A stretch of DNA of 59,905 bases, counting the filler, from Sphacelaria rigidula (Eukaryota): NCBI GenBank assembly GCA_964200075.2. It is 10 parts of 10 records of this genome, joined end to end, with 100 filler letters (N's around TTAATTAATTAA, not from the genome) between each part and the next. Parts side by side here need not be neighbours in the genome. Positions count along the whole stretch, not along the records: positions 24,005 to 29,905 come from CAXNAA020023632.1; positions 30,006 to 35,906 come from CAXNAA020023633.1; positions 36,007 to 41,906 come from CAXNAA020023634.1; 7 more parts are not named here. One strand, written 5' to 3'. How positions within the stretch are numbered: position 1 is the stretch's first letter; every line of letters starts with the position of its first letter. Positions 24,932 through 38,350 of this stretch are shown piece after piece. The position numbers and the translations under genes were made by a program. The notes beneath the pieces were generated by a model that saw nothing but the letters and a program-made list of their open reading frames with translations, was not told the DNA's origin and did not search any database.

Positions 24932-26081
24932 TGGCTGAATTGGCGTATGTGTTTCGGGGGTGGGCAAAATTGAGTCAGAGAAAGTACGGAAAAATTGTTC
25001 CGAAAAGAGTGACTACCTGTCAAGATATCTTTAGAGATGGGACTTTCGAATTGGGCAAGAAATCGCCGAATCCGAGAACAGAGTCACGTCGCTCTCTTCC
25101 CATGAGCTCCCCAGAGTGTTCTTGTCCATGTTTGAGTTGGCATCACCTTCACTTGATAAAGCAGTGTGCCTATTCTCAGGCGTTTACAGATTAAGAAGGG
25201 AAGCCATCGACCCTACGCTGCCGTAAACCGCGATGATGCCCTCACGGAAAGACTGACCCCTCGTGGAATCAAGAGCGTCCAGATTTGTGTTGTGGTTCGC
25301 TTTTTATTTTCAGTTTCTCAGTGCAGTGTACAGTAAATAGCTGTCCACGCTTAAGTTCCTGCAGCATCGTTTTTGACACTAGACCGATGTAGTTATGCGG
25401 TAGTGTACGCCCCGTTCAATGCCAGGCCGGCCGACACAGATTTTTCTACACCGAAGATACGATCAACTACAAGGAGCTACGAGTACGGCGTAGATTGTCA
25501 TGGGATGCCGTAGACTGTCGGGCATAGAGGATGTACTTTACTACACACTCCGTAGATTCGAAGCCGTGTTTCTTCCATTGACCTTGGAGGGGAATGCTTT
25601 GCGGTGATTTTTGTAGCACTGGAGCGCACCTATTCCGTTTGTGAGAAAAGCAAGTATTGGAAAGCCGCAGCGAATGTAGAGAGATTCAAGAGTACTTCCG
25701 TGGGAGACACCGACAGTGAAAAGCTTTGACCCTTTGACCTCAGGAAGAGGTGATGCCAGAGTTGACCGACACATATCATGCGGGGGGCACACGGCAAATG
25801 ACTACGAAATTGTACAAGGAGTTGCTTTACACACTTACTGTATTTTCAATATGCAAAAATCCCCGACGGTTGGATTCCTCGGTTCAACTCGTCACTCGAC
25901 CCTAGCGGGATATAGACATGAACGCACGGAACGACGGCGCCACCGCTTGAGATCATGACTTCAATACAAATGTTGTTGCGGACCGCGTTATGGATGAGGC
26001 TTCCGTCGAAAACAGTATTATTTTGCGTGTATACATCCAAAACTAATATTTCGTTGCATTTTTTTTACTCCTACTCTGATT

Positions 26082-26155
26082 CGCCCACACATACCGAAAG
26101 GTGTAGACGTGCTTCCGGAAAAGATGAGATGATGACGCAACACACGCAACACACA
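26082..26155 (+). mobile_element. 5'-truncated SINE family A tail
   Basis: CGCCCACACATACCGAAAGGTGTAGAC...GA...CAACACAC matches the 3' end of 743-1134. Confidence 0.65.
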
Positions 26156-26356
26156 GCACTACATGTGTATTGTTCTCGTTTTGTCGTCCGTTCGTTTCCT
26201 TCCATTTTATATCGTTATTTTCCCCTCATCTTTACTTGCCTCATTAATCAACTCCTTTTTCATTTCTCTGTTTTGTCCTCTCGTTGTGCTTTAATCTTTT
26301 TTGCCTATGCTTGCAACCGACTTGGTGTGTGTGCCACCACCACATAATCCCAAAAG

Positions 26357-26533
26357 TGCGTGGACGAAAACCCGTGGTGCTTTGCCATCAGCGAGTTCCG
26401 TTCAACCACGGCGGCTAAGGGTATGTGCATGATCCCTAAGCGAGGGCTCAACGTGATGAAGTGCGAGACGGCCCGGCTTCTCAAGCTCACCGCCAACTCC
26501 ATTGAGCCTCTCAGCTTTGTCGTGCCACGAAAG
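26357..26533 (+). CDS. Coronin, internal exon
   Basis: AAG acceptor, GTATGA donor; CVDENPWCFAISEFRSTTAAKGMCMIPKRGLNVMKCETARLLKLTANSIEPLSFVVPRK (coronin C-terminal extension; missed by the ORF track). Confidence 0.92.
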
Positions 26534-27853
26534 GTATGACTGTCGTTTATCACGTCTGTCGCTTTGTTGGTTGTAGTGGTCCGAATGTGGATATGGTCAT
26601 GGTTGTTGGCCTGGGGTTGATGTGTTGTTGTACAAGGTGTGTTGGTGACTGGAAAATGGCTTCTTTCATTCGCATTCACGACGTCGTTCTTGTGCGATAT
26701 ACAAAACGTGAGCTGAACATTGTACGCGACGACCGTAATATCATTTTACATCCGTATCCTGTGTTGTTGTGGCGTTGATGGTACAACATTTTGAGTTGCG
26801 GAAATGATGTATTTTTTTGTGCATGATCTTGGTCACACCCTGGACAACATATTGTCAATAGATGCAATGGACAGTGTACTGGGTGATGTATAGGCCTATT
26901 GCAACAATAATTGCAATAGGCATATACTCTACGCAGTACATTCTTGTCTATTGCATTTATTGAACATAAATAGTCGCCCACGATTATTGTAATAAGCATA
27001 CACTCTACCCAGTACATTTTTTGTCCATTTCATCTTTTGACCATATGTTCTCGAGGGTGTGGTCTTGTTCGAAGTGTATGTTTCTGCTGCTGTGGGATAG
27101 AAACAAAATGATGTGGGTGACGATCCGGCATGGCTTTCCGTACCATAATGGTGTGATTCGGACTCGCAGCCCGAGCGTGCTTCCCCTTGTGTGATGCATT
27201 GCGCTAGGTTGTCTTGGGAAATGTTCGTTTCAACGGGTTCATCGTGTAAAGGCTATGGTGATGTTGGCTGCTCATATTCCTCCGGGGCGGCAAAGGAATG
27301 AAGAACATGCGACAACGGATTTTATCCCCTGATTCGAAGCTAGTACGCAACGTCGGGTACGCTCAGTGTGTGTAGTTGACGCCACACGATTCATCACATC
27401 GGTCGACAAGATGACCGGAGCATGGTACAGCAAAAGACGGCTGAGACGTGCATCGAAATTGAAATTACCGTCATTGTATGGCCAAGAGTTGAGTCGAGAT
27501 GAAAGATTCGTGTGTCCACAAAAACTCTGTTGTTTTCGCAACAGCTGCGCGTTCACGTTCCCAAGAAAAATTGGTCTGGTACATGACATGTGTCTAAGCG
27601 TTACTCCGACCCTGACCTCAGTAAAAATGTCCCCCACAAACCCTTGGGTACGGGGGGATCCCCCCTAGAGTCCCCTCGGAAGGCGTTGCTGAAGGTAACG
27701 GGGGTCAGGCGCCGCTACGCGACGGCACTGGCAAAACTTGGACTAATTTTGCAAGCGAATCTCGCACATTTTTTGTTTTCGAACGCACGCGCCTCGAGAC
27801 ATCTCCCCGCTTATCTCTCTCCATCCTCTCCTCCGCCTCGCTTCATCGTCCAG

Positions 27854-28072
27854 TCTGACGCGTTTCAAGATGACTTGTTTCCGCCTTGCGCTTCGGGGAC
27901 ACCGGCGCACACATCGGACGAGTGGCTGGCGGGCTCGGACAAGCCCCCCCAGAAGATGGAGATGCGGCCAAGAAGTGTCACCAACGCCGACCCGGTGGCG
28001 GCGGCTGCTCTGGCGGCGAAGAAGAAGAAGGCGTTCGCGCCCCTCAAAAGCTCCAAAGATCTTCAGAGAGAT
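27854..28072 (+). CDS. Coronin, penultimate exon
   Basis: CAG acceptor, GTCAGT donor; SDAFQDDLFPP...EWLAG completes the VPRKSD.FQ.DL.P motif in phase 0. Confidence 0.92.
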
Positions 28073-28293
28073 GTCAGTGTGCTTCGATGTTGGGGTGGTC
28101 CGAGCGGGGGGTGAAGGAGATTGTATACTGGATTTTGTGCGTAGTTGGCAGAACTTGCTTGATTTCGTGCATGTGCTTTGGCATGGCACGTCTGTGGCCT
28201 TGGAAAAGCACGCTGGCTCTTTTTTTTATTTCGCGCTGACCTGTTTATGCTTTCCCCTCTCTTTGTTTGTGCTCACGGTTTTCTATCGGTCAG

Positions 28294-28365
28294 CTCGACA
28301 CGGCGATGGCACGCATTGCGCTATTAGAGAAGGTCATCAAGGACAGCGGGCTTAGAGTGCCCTGA
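28294..28365 (+). CDS. Coronin, last coding exon (coiled coil, stop)
   Basis: Pyrimidine tract + CAG; LDTAMARIALLEKVIKDSGLRVP*. Confidence 0.8.
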   Translation, partial: LDTAMARIALLEKVIKDSGLRVP

Positions 28366-29905
28366 GCGGTGCCTTTGCAAACGTGACGCTATCAGCCCTT
28401 GCACCACTGCGGGAGCACGGGTGGGATTGAGAGTAGGGGACAGAGGGCGACGGGCTCGAGACGAAAAGAAGAATGCCGGGTGATGTGTGGCGCCCTTGGG
28501 CCCTCGCGATTGGATCGGTCGACGATATTATTTGGATTCTAATTTTTGTCAGAGCTCTTCACCTACCATCCTCTCGCCCTTGTCATCTCTATTTCCCCCA
28601 GCGTTCCATCCCCCTTCCCTTGGAAGCTTCCGAGCTGCACAACCATACCCCCATTCTTGTGGAAAATCGGGCATACTGTGGAGGATAGGATAATTATGTA
28701 GGGCGAAAATGAAGGTGCTGTGATTAGCGAATCTGAGGGTTTGTAGTCGGTAGATGTGTCAGGGTATGCGGGCGTGTTCTCTTTTGTGCGTCGGGATCAG
28801 CAAGCAACGAATATTTTGGACGGCCGGACGGAATAAAAAAGAAGAATAGTGTCCAGGTGGTTTCAATTTTTTTTCGGCCCGAAATGGTTGGGTGGGATGG
28901 TGGGTGAAAGGAGGGGTGCAGATGTTTGTTTTTATTTCTGTTGGAAATTTCCTGGGAGGGGGAGGGGTATTGTGGTGCAGTGTTTTCTCAGGACTGTGCT
29001 TAGAGCCTGATATCTGGGGGCGAAATTTAATGCTTGTATGGAGAAGGAGGCACGGGCGCTCTCGAGGAGAGAGCAGAAATACAAGAGACATGCAAATCCC
29101 CCTCGAAGGAGATAAACCGCGTGAATCGGAAATCAAGCGGTTGTTCCCAGGTGGGGACTGTCGGGGAGAAACGAACACACTGAAAGAGGAAGAATGGAGC
29201 TGTAGTGTTGGGTAAAAATATTGAGATTTGTGCTACTGTAGCAAGCCCTTGTACCTGGAGCTCTGTTTGTTGCCCGTTGATGGTTTCTTCGGAGGCAGCG
29301 ATGTTTTCTCAAAGAGTGCAAAGCGTGGACCCCTTCGGGAGCTGCACACCGCTTACGTACACATACTGAAAACGTGTTCGTACAGTCGCCCCCTGTAGAA
29401 CCAGATACCCAAGCCTTGATGATATACGGCACTACATGTGTGGTACACGGGACTTCCAGTAGTGGTGGTCGTGCTGGCGAAGTTTCTCGGAAATCCTTGC
29501 TTGATGGTGCTGATGCAAGGGGAGGATCGAACATGTAGGAAAGAATGGGTGGGCGAACAATAGTCGAGATGCCTTTCAGTAAATCCAGCACTATTTTATG
29601 ATGTTCCAACCAATCCAAGTTACATGTACGCGTGCTTCTGCCTTCCTTCGTGCCTGTTCTTGATCACAGTTGTCGCTGTGCTGCTCAAGATCCGTGTATG
29701 TGTAACTAATACCTGAAAAATGGATGCTTCTACTCAACGGAGTTTGGCAGGAGGGGGGAAGGGACGGGTGATGGGTTTGGAAAATAGCTGGATCTTGACT
29801 ATAATAGTCCTGAGATGAGAGTAAGGTGGGGGGGGGGGGGGGGGGCGTTTTGACTTTTTATTTTAGACCTTCCGGGGGGGGGTTTTTTTTTCCGCCGGCA
29901 AAAAA

Positions 29906-30005
29906 NNNNNNNNNNNNNNNNNNNNNNNNNNNNNNNNNNNNNNNNNNNNTTAATTAATTAANNNNNNNNNNNNNNNNNNNNNNNNNNNNNNNNNNNNNNN
30001 NNNNN
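29906..30005. other. Artificial contig linker
   Basis: Same 100-bp linker. Confidence 0.99.
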
Positions 30006-30950
30006 AGCTGTAAGCACACGCAAGTGATAGAGGTAAAGAAAAGCACACGTGGAATACAAAAATCAGTCACTTAAAGCGAATGATCAAAACCACTCCCAAT
30101 CGTATCATCTACTCTCAATCTCACGAAAAAACTGTTGATGTGTTATTGAAGCAACAAAACTTCCGACCAAGCAGCCATCAAAGTATCAACAACGGGTGTC
30201 ACCATCACTCGAGATTGCCGTACCGAACAAGCTGCATTCTCAGGATGGGATAGCTGTTACGAACGCAGCACAGATCTTACAGCGGTGTTAAGTACTACAA
30301 CTGTCTGTCTCACCTTCCACTGTTAAGAATCGTCTGTGTCTGTGGTACGTGACACTAAAACTTGTGACGAGGACGACATGTCTGAGTGTCCGTCTGTCGA
30401 TTATGAACGAGTCGTGTATCATGTTGCTGCCATTATGCTAGAATATGTTAGTGGCGCCAACAGCCGAGCACAAACTTTGACTTCATGAACCTCAGAGAAA
30501 GCACGCTTGGGAATGTACAGATTGCCCATACGACCGCGCACATCTATCTGCAGAAGTTGCACAATAGGTGAACAAATTCGATGTCTTGCTCAAAAAGAGA
30601 GTATGGAAGAATCATATCACTTCCGCATGTGTAATCCAAGTCTGCAGAACTGCACGATCTAGTGAACACAAACGGCATTTTCATGATATAGAGTAGAGGA
30701 TGCGATTAAGAGTGAAAAGCGGTCAATAACTGAATCAACAGTTTCAGTTCCGAAATGCCTCTTCATGACGCTTCATATGATTTCTGCAGTTTCCTGTCAC
30801 TGAAGCCCTTGGTATCCCCGAGTAAGATATCGATGTGTAGCTGTGAGCACACGCTAGTGTTACAGGCAAAGAAAAGCGCAGAGAATGAGGAATTGGTCAA
30901 GATGAAGCGAATGGTCAAACCTATTCTCAATCTCACGATAACATCGTTCA
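30006..30950 (+). repeat. Diverged direct repeat with ~833-bp period
   Basis: 30006-30130 and 30839-30950 share AGCTGT.AGCACACGC.AGTG.TA.AGG.AAAGAAAAGC...AAGCGAATG.TCAAA...CTCAATCTCACGA. Confidence 0.65.
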
Positions 30951-31150
30951 CAACGTAAAATGAGTGACACGGGGGTGCTGGCGGTTCAGCCTCGAAAATT
31001 TTACGCTCACAGTTTCCGAGATGTTCGTCGCGAATCCAATCGCAAGTAGAAGGTACATGCAGATATGCGAACAGAAGAAATTACCGGTAATATATATATA
31101 TATATATAAATATTCCTTAGGCAGCTCCTTGTAACACAAAAATAAAAATA

Positions 31151-31350
31151 TGGAAAAGTGCCTTCTTGGAGCTTTTACGTCGTTTCACGCGCCCAAAGAG
31201 AGCTAGGCGGAGTTTGACACCTTGGAATGACTTGCTATACTAGTCGAGGCGTTCAAAGACATCTTCCAAGTCATTCCAAGGTGTCAAACTCCGCCTAGCT
31301 CTCTTTAGGCGCGTAAAACGACGTAAAAGCTTCACAGAGGCACTTTTCCA
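31151..31350. repeat. Long inverted repeat (84-bp arms, 32-bp loop), collapsed foldback element
   Basis: 31151-31234 against 31267-31350, including perfect AAAGAGAGCTAGGCGGAGTTTGACACCTTGGAATGACTTG. Confidence 0.9.
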
Positions 31351-31811
31351 GATTTTTTTTTGTCTACTATAAGGAGCGACCCTAGACCAACAAATTACGG
31401 GTATTTTCGGTTTTGCGTTTGAAACAGCATACGACTTGGGCCAACCGAGGTTTCCTGTTGGAGGCTGAACACCCCTACGGACATTGGGAGTTAGACCGGT
31501 TCTCACGGGTTTTTTTTTTGTGGAAGGTGCTTCACACTTTTGGGCCATACGACGCGGTCCTTGGCGCCCAAACAGCAAATGACGCCGCCACACGTCTTGG
31601 ATACTTCGCATTGACCCACCGAGAAGAAGAATCCTACCTTACATTTCCGATTCGCTTGGCTCTGATGTTTTGAGAATGGCCTCTGAACAAAAAATACAGC
31701 TGGAAATAAACTGCCATGTCTGCGGGTCTTCCGTGTCAAAGACATGTGATGATGATATTATCTGTTTGGGGGGCTAACAATCGTGCCTAATGTTCCAAGG
31801 ATGGAAAATTC

Positions 31812-34800
31812 CAGGGATTCACACGTTACACGTGCCATAGCGTCATGCGTTACGTTTTGGCCAAAACGTAACGTTGAATTTTCGAATGAAATGTTAACGT
31901 AACGTTACTTTTTTTAAACGTGACATGCGTAACGTAACGTGAACGTTAAATTGCCCGAACGTTCAAAACACATGAAACGTTTCATCTCACGTTACACGTT
32001 ACATGAAGTGGTGACACTTAAGTTTGCCATAATTTTTCAAATCCTCAAAGATTTTGCTTGAATAAAAACCAGTGAGTTTGGATGACCATGTTATACAGGC
32101 TGGTTCACGGAAAAAAAAAACACACTCATCGGAACAACTTCACGCCGTTGTAAGGAGTTAGACACTGCCGGTTTTCCGGGGTCCCAGAATGGACGACTTC
32201 GAAGAAACGACTTGGATCCCGTCGGATCCCCCCCAAACGGTAGGAGCTGAGCCGGCCATCAGTGATTTTTAAACCGAGAGTGGAGATGCTTCTGGCAATT
32301 CGAAGAGTTAGGCACTGAAATTTTGACACGACATTTTTATCATCAATCTGCGCAATCCTGTCCCTGTCTGTGAGGGGTGCAGAGGAAGAAAAAAAAAACG
32401 AAAGTTAGCGCAAGTTGAAGTTTCAGCAAAAACACGGAAAAATTCTTCAACTTCCTCAAAACTTGATAAAACGATGACAACGCCGCGGCACATACGGGCA
32501 CTCGCGTCAACTACATCCTTCTAAATTTTCAGCCGAAAACACGTGAAATTGGGCTTTGCGTCGCACTTTTTGTGTGACACCGGTGGTGAAACTGATATAA
32601 CAGCCTCAAATGACAGGTCACGAGTTCGAATCCCGACACGACAAGAACGACTTCGTGTGCACACTAATCGTGCATAATCTCTCGTACCTCTGGGTTGCAA
32701 AGGGTCTAGATGTTTTGGTGGTGGTCTTGCTTTTGGGGGGGGGTACAGCGCAGTTTCAAGTAGTACTTCTCCCTCGTGCGGTGATATAGGACAGTTGACG
32801 GTTGGCTCGGAAGTTCCCTCCCATTTCGGAGCTTATGACGACCTTGATGCCATCTTGCAGCACGACCAGTGTGCTCTTGCCTGGGCATGTCAGGAGTGTG
32901 TGTGCCTATGCGGCGCGACGGTCTATCGTAATTCCACCGCATTTTGTGAAACGAAACGTCTCCAGACACGCTATCGCACAGAGAATTGGGACGTACTCGG
33001 TACTCAATGCAGTACAATAATATCTTCGCCAAATATGCACCAATTGAGCAGCGGTGGTGCCCTATGTTACCAGGTTAGTCTGCAGTTCACAGCGATATGC
33101 TCAGGTCGCGGTGATTTGGAAAACTTTGAAGAGTTGTGGTGACGACAGAGAATGCTGGGTTCACTGCCGGCCCAGCTCGTGAAAATTCAAGAATTAGAAA
33201 AACCTCGTTGATCGAAACTTGCGCAATGATTTGTAGCACATTTGTGCAAAGTTACAGGGTCAAACTCCTAATAAATGCGTTAAGATTTGCGCGTTTGTAC
33301 GAGGATGTGAGCTTAAAACGTGCAAACTCCCAACTACTTGGTTTGAGTATGAAATCATATTTTAGGATGAATTTCACGTCAAGGCAGGAAAAATTGTATG
33401 AGATTTTCGAGTTTCTCCACCAAACTTCGTACATGTGTTCCTTGGACCATCCCGGGACGCATCATGTTACTATTTCTTCTTTCAAGTAACTCTGTACTGT
33501 CTTCCAGGGGTCTTTGTACTGGGACTCTCGGAAGCCGGTAGAAAACGGAGAAATTTTGAACCCTCACCAACAACACATTTTTTCCATTTGGGGCATTAAT
33601 ACCTATGGAACTGCCAAGTTTGAGGATGATCTGAGCTTTTCTACAACAGATGTAAGGGAAATCGTCACGAGGCTCCCCTAGTCTTTCTTGCGTATTGTGC
33701 GTGGAAATTAGACGACGCCAATTTCCACATCGTCGAAACATTACGGTTTCGGGTATAATTCGACCCCGTTGGAACTGTTTTCAAATTATTGAGGTAATGA
33801 CGATCACTACGATTTGAAGCATGTGGAGATTCGGTGTAAATTGAGCTTGGAATTCGTATTTTCAATTTCGGAACAGTTTGAAAGGCGCTGATTGGTCGAT
33901 ACACCTTTTTGTCCATAGCGCCATCGCTACAGCCCTGAATAAAAATCAGGCTATGCCACCCTCTTCGTCTGTTCATTGCGGTCAGTATGATACCACGTAT
34001 GCGACTATTGGGTGCGTATTGCAGAAGGAATTTGTTGATGACTTTTTTCTTTCTTTCCCGTGAACCAGCCTGTAGGACAAACTACCTAAGCCAGTTCGCG
34101 CGCTCTGCGCCACCTCACACATTATAAGCTGCCGTGACAGCATAACATCATAGTCATCTTGACCACACTCATATCGAGAGACCGGGTGCAACGTACACGT
34201 GCACGTGGCGTTCACGTGCACCAGTACATGGCATGGATCCAGGGGGGGGAAACGGCGGGTCGACAACGAGGGGGTGCCGCAGCAGCCTCCAGCTGCAGAA
34301 TTTGATGCGGGACTCGCCTGCCCCGTGGCCGATGACTCAAAGTGTGCATTTAACATGCATGTGGTGGGCGGGGATGAAGAAGCGGTATATAGGCAGTTGA
34401 TCTCGGTAACTGAGAATTGCCCAGAACGTGCAAGGGAGTATGCAGCGGCAGCTGCTGCTGCAGTCGGAGAGGCGTACTGCACTGTACTTGACTATAATGT
34501 GTGCATGGGCGCCGCAACGCCCATACCCTTCGAAGAGAATTTGCCGCATGCAACAAGGAGGTGAATGGCGGCCCACTCCGATCACGAAGGGCTGCGTGGC
34601 AAGGTGATGGAGACAATAATATAATCCAAAGCCACAAGTGGCGGGCGGCTTGCCGGTCGCCGTATCCTGTTGAAATCTCTCTCCCGCGACCCATACTGCT
34701 TGCTGTATCACATGTACATTGCCCAATGTGCACCCTGCACCTAAAAATAGATTAAATTGAACTTTCGTTCTTCCTCATAACCCTGGGGTTACATATGCGG

Positions 34801-35432
34801 ACTTTGAGCAACGTCAATGTTTCGTGCAGACGCCAGACACGTCATTCCTAACCAGCCTCATTGGTCGTTCTGGAGGCCCGGTCCCAAAAAAGGTTTAATA
34901 TATGTACAACATACATTTGGAAACATGGGTGCCCGATATAGTCGTGTCTGCGAGATACCAGGACGACGCAAGCCGGCGTTTGATCATGTTCACGAACTGT
35001 TGTATGTACAGTGTATGCTGTCGTGCGAATGACCGAGCGTTCGAAAATTTAAAATTGAAGGTTGGCAACAAGAAGATGAAACGAACAGGATATTTGAAAA
35101 TAATATGGTCAAAAAGAAATGAACAATACAGGTACACGGTAGAGGAAGTAACGTTACACAATCAGATAATGGGCCATCATCAGCGTCATACACACGGTGA
35201 CGTCACGCGTTACACGACACGTGACAACGCCTTGAAGACTGGTAAAGCAGCCGCGACATGCACAGAATGAAACGTTACGATCGAGCATTACACGTGTCAA
35301 CGTAACGTTATACTAGACGTTACACATTACATGAAAACGTTTCATTTCAAGTTACATGTAACGTAACTCAACGTTATTTTTTTTTCACGTTATGAACGTA
35401 ACGTAACGCAACGTGTAATGTATATCTCCCTG
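31812..35432. mobile_element. hAT-like DNA transposon, non-autonomous or decayed (3621 bp)
   Basis: TIR CAGGGATTCACACGTTACACGT against CAGGGAGATATACATTACACGT (17/22); 8-bp TSD GAAAATTC/CAAAATTC (7/8); dense ACGTTAC/GTAACGT subterminal repeats at both ends. Confidence 0.8.
32578..32640 (+). mobile_element. tRNA-like (SINE head) fragment
   Basis: CCGGTGGTGAAACTGAT (A-box-like) and GAGTTCGAATCCCG (B box); no full cloverleaf. Confidence 0.4.
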
Positions 35433-35906
35433 CAAAATTCGTCCCCCCCAACATATATATTTATATTTTGGGCTTCGTACAGCTGTTTTTTTTCTGAGAT
35501 CGTTCTCGAAACCTCAGTCAAGCGAATCGGAAAAGTGGGCTAGGTTCCTTCCTCTCCGTGGGGCAACGCGAAGTGTCCAAGACGTGTGACGGCGTTGTTT
35601 GCTGTTTGGGGGCCGGAGACCGTGTCATACTGACCAAGACCGAAAAATATGCCCTACATAATAAAGCAACCGTAAGGGATGGCCCTGAAAGCTGGAATTT
35701 TTACACAACACTTTCATTATGAATACGCGGAAAGTAACTGAAGCAAAGAAAGAAAATGTATAGAGCTGAAATTCCAACGTTCATATACAACGTTTCAATA
35801 CAGGCATCGCGCTTTACTCCGCGGATGATTTTTTTTTCGCATGTCTCCAAGGGTAGGTCGAGTAGAGTATACTCAATACTCAGTATTTTTGAAGAGTCAT
35901 ACTTTG

Positions 35907-36006
35907 NNNNNNNNNNNNNNNNNNNNNNNNNNNNNNNNNNNNNNNNNNNNTTAATTAATTAANNNNNNNNNNNNNNNNNNNNNNNNNNNNNNNNNNNNNN
36001 NNNNNN
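35907..36006. other. Artificial contig linker
   Basis: Same 100-bp linker. Confidence 0.99.
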
Positions 36007-37279
36007 CCGTCCCGGCTTTGGAGGGGTGCGGGGTAAATGGTCGATTGGGTAAGGGATGGCCGGGGGTGCGCCCCCCCCCCCCCCCCCCCGTGGAACATTC
36101 ATGGGAAACTTATTTCCTGCTTTTTCTCCGGCACAATTTTGACCAATTCAAATTGGAACAAAGTCAAGCACTCAACAATCCACTAAGAAGCGTGAATTAC
36201 TGTCATCATGCATCATGCACAGGCCTTAGATTTTTAGAGTCTTATCAAGGGAATATTACAGAACCACGTATACAAGGATGAAACATAGCGGCCTTTTTTT
36301 TTTTGGCCAAGTAACCCGGATACCGACTGCTCCACACAAGAAGTTTCGAGAGAATAGTCGAGACTTCTACGCGGCCCAAGGCTCAACACCCGTGTTGTTG
36401 TGAACCCCCCGATCAAGACGTATGACTGGAAGCAGCCTGAAGCTTTCAGCGAAGGTGAGTCCGGACCATGCAGTCTCTCAAGTTTATATATCGAATACGT
36501 CGACCTCTTCCACCACAACCAACCATCGAGATTCCTTCTCTCACGTGGGTGTAGCCTTCAAGCTCGTGTTCTTGGCGCAGACAGATCATGCCGTGTCACA
36601 AGTTAATAGGTCGCGACCATAGTCGTACGATAAATACATGGGTTTGCATCACCACGATGGAATGACGACGATGCTCTCTTGTTCAATTCTCCGCATTTTT
36701 TGTCGTCATATACTTCAGGTTTTGGTGACGAAAACAACCCCTAGCTACGTTCTGCCGTCGCAAACTGCCAGAGCTTATTTTCCAGTGAAAACGCAAGGAC
36801 GTCCTGGATTGCTGGCCGACTGGCAGGGAAGATGCTTCCCCGTGTCATTACACCGCCATTTCTTCCCTTTTTGCGAGGTCACAACATTGCCTTCTCCAAC
36901 AGAATCTACATTGCATCACAATTTTGTGTGATCATTTTTTTCATTTAGGTCTCCCCACGGGGCTTTGAAAGACGACATCGCCCGGAGACATATTTGCGGT
37001 AATATTTTATTTCTTATTTTGCCGCCGGATGATTGATGCCCGCGGGAGTCTATCGGTTTTTGTTTTTTACTCAAAAATAATTGCGTCCCACTTGAAAAAA
37101 CGAAAACTAACATAGAATACTCGAAGCATACACAATATAACCAATATAAACTCTCAAAAATAAAGTAATTATCCAACACAGCATACGCCACCGCCACCAC
37201 GTCCTGCCCTCAACAAGTATCGAATCGACTGATTTATTGATATATATTCAACAACGAATGAATTGATGAATGACCGTAA

Positions 37280-37914
37280 AAGTGCGGGTAGACGTACGGG
37301 ACGGTTCGATCGCACAGGCCGGAGTGATCGCACAGAGGTACTACAAATAAAAGAAGATTGCATTGGTTTGATTCGGTTTACGCAGAGGGGTCGATGAAAT
37401 CGCACATGGGTCGGAGAAATCGCACAGGAGTGTGATAACTCTCGCGGAGATCCCTCTCTCGGCTCCACTGGTGTGTGTATTGTTAGCACGCACGTGGAAA
37501 TAAGGAAGTTGTTCATATAATCGGTGAACGGTAGCCACACTCAACCAAGCACACAGAAAAAGTGCAAGGGTCGCAACCTAAAACGTACCGACAGCCGAGA
37601 AAAACCTAGAAGGCGAAATCGATGGCCTTCAGCAGGCGACCACGTCGTTTTTCTCTCTTCGCCTCTTGCAGCTGTACACAGGTGCGTTCGAATCATCACT
37701 ATCGCCGGTGGTGTGATAATTCATGTATCAAACTTGTCGGAGTTATGGCAGCAGGGGTGTGCGCTAATATTGTACATCAGATGCCTTTGCTTCAACTGTT
37801 GAGGAGGGATCGAAGCGATCGCACGGGTCGGAGTTATCGCACCCCCGTGCGATAAAATTCCAAGTGAGGGATGATTGAAAAATCAATCGCGCACCTATGC
37901 GCTCGCCCGCACTC
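37280..37914. mobile_element. Possible Sola3-like non-autonomous element
   Basis: Ends AAGTGCGGG...CCCGCACTC, flanks GTAA/TTAA; multiple internal ATCGCAC subterminal repeats. Confidence 0.4.
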
Positions 37915-38171
37915 TTAATTGTGCTGTATTGATGAATGCACTCAACAATGAATTAGTTGGATAATTCATACACTCAACAAATAGTTAATGAAATAACTAA
38001 ATAATTCAAGAGAAAAATGATACACTTCTACACTTGAATATTATTCATTCTCCATGGTTTTGTTTCAACTGTCCCGATCTTCGCGCGATAAAAACAACAG
38101 CAAAGAGCAAGATCGATTTTCCCATGCGCAACTGCCTCGCCTAGCTCCGAGTAGCAAAAGACAAGACTCAC

Positions 38172-38350
38172 CTGTTGAGGACGACACCCCCCCCTCCTTC
38201 ACCGTCACCACCCGCCGCTACCCCTCCCATCCCACCCAGCCCCGCGAATGGGGCTGCAGCGGACGGGGCCGCATTCGGATCCTTGCCTTGCATGTCCTTG
38301 CTCATGCTCGCCATGTAGTTCTGCATCTGCTGGAATTCCTTCATGAAAGC
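38172..38350 (-). CDS. cpSRP54: Plastid SRP54 (Ffh-type), C-terminal M-domain exon
   Basis: CAG acceptor, GTGAGT donor; AFMKEFQQMQNYMASMSKDM...; final exon not identified. Confidence 0.8.

Larger units (their letters stand above)
31541..35635. mobile_element. Foldback element whose ~160-bp arms enclose the hAT-like insertion
   Basis: 31541-31702 aligns with the reverse complement of 35478-35635 (CCCAAACAGCAAA..ACGCCG.CACACGTCTTGGA.ACTTCGC.TTG.CCCAC...TTTCCGATTCGCTTG); outer ends uncertain. Confidence 0.75.

Noticed and set aside
37169..37680. Candidate last exon of cpSRP54
   Set aside because: No phase-2 acceptor gives a convincing C-terminus; most of the region is transposon-derived
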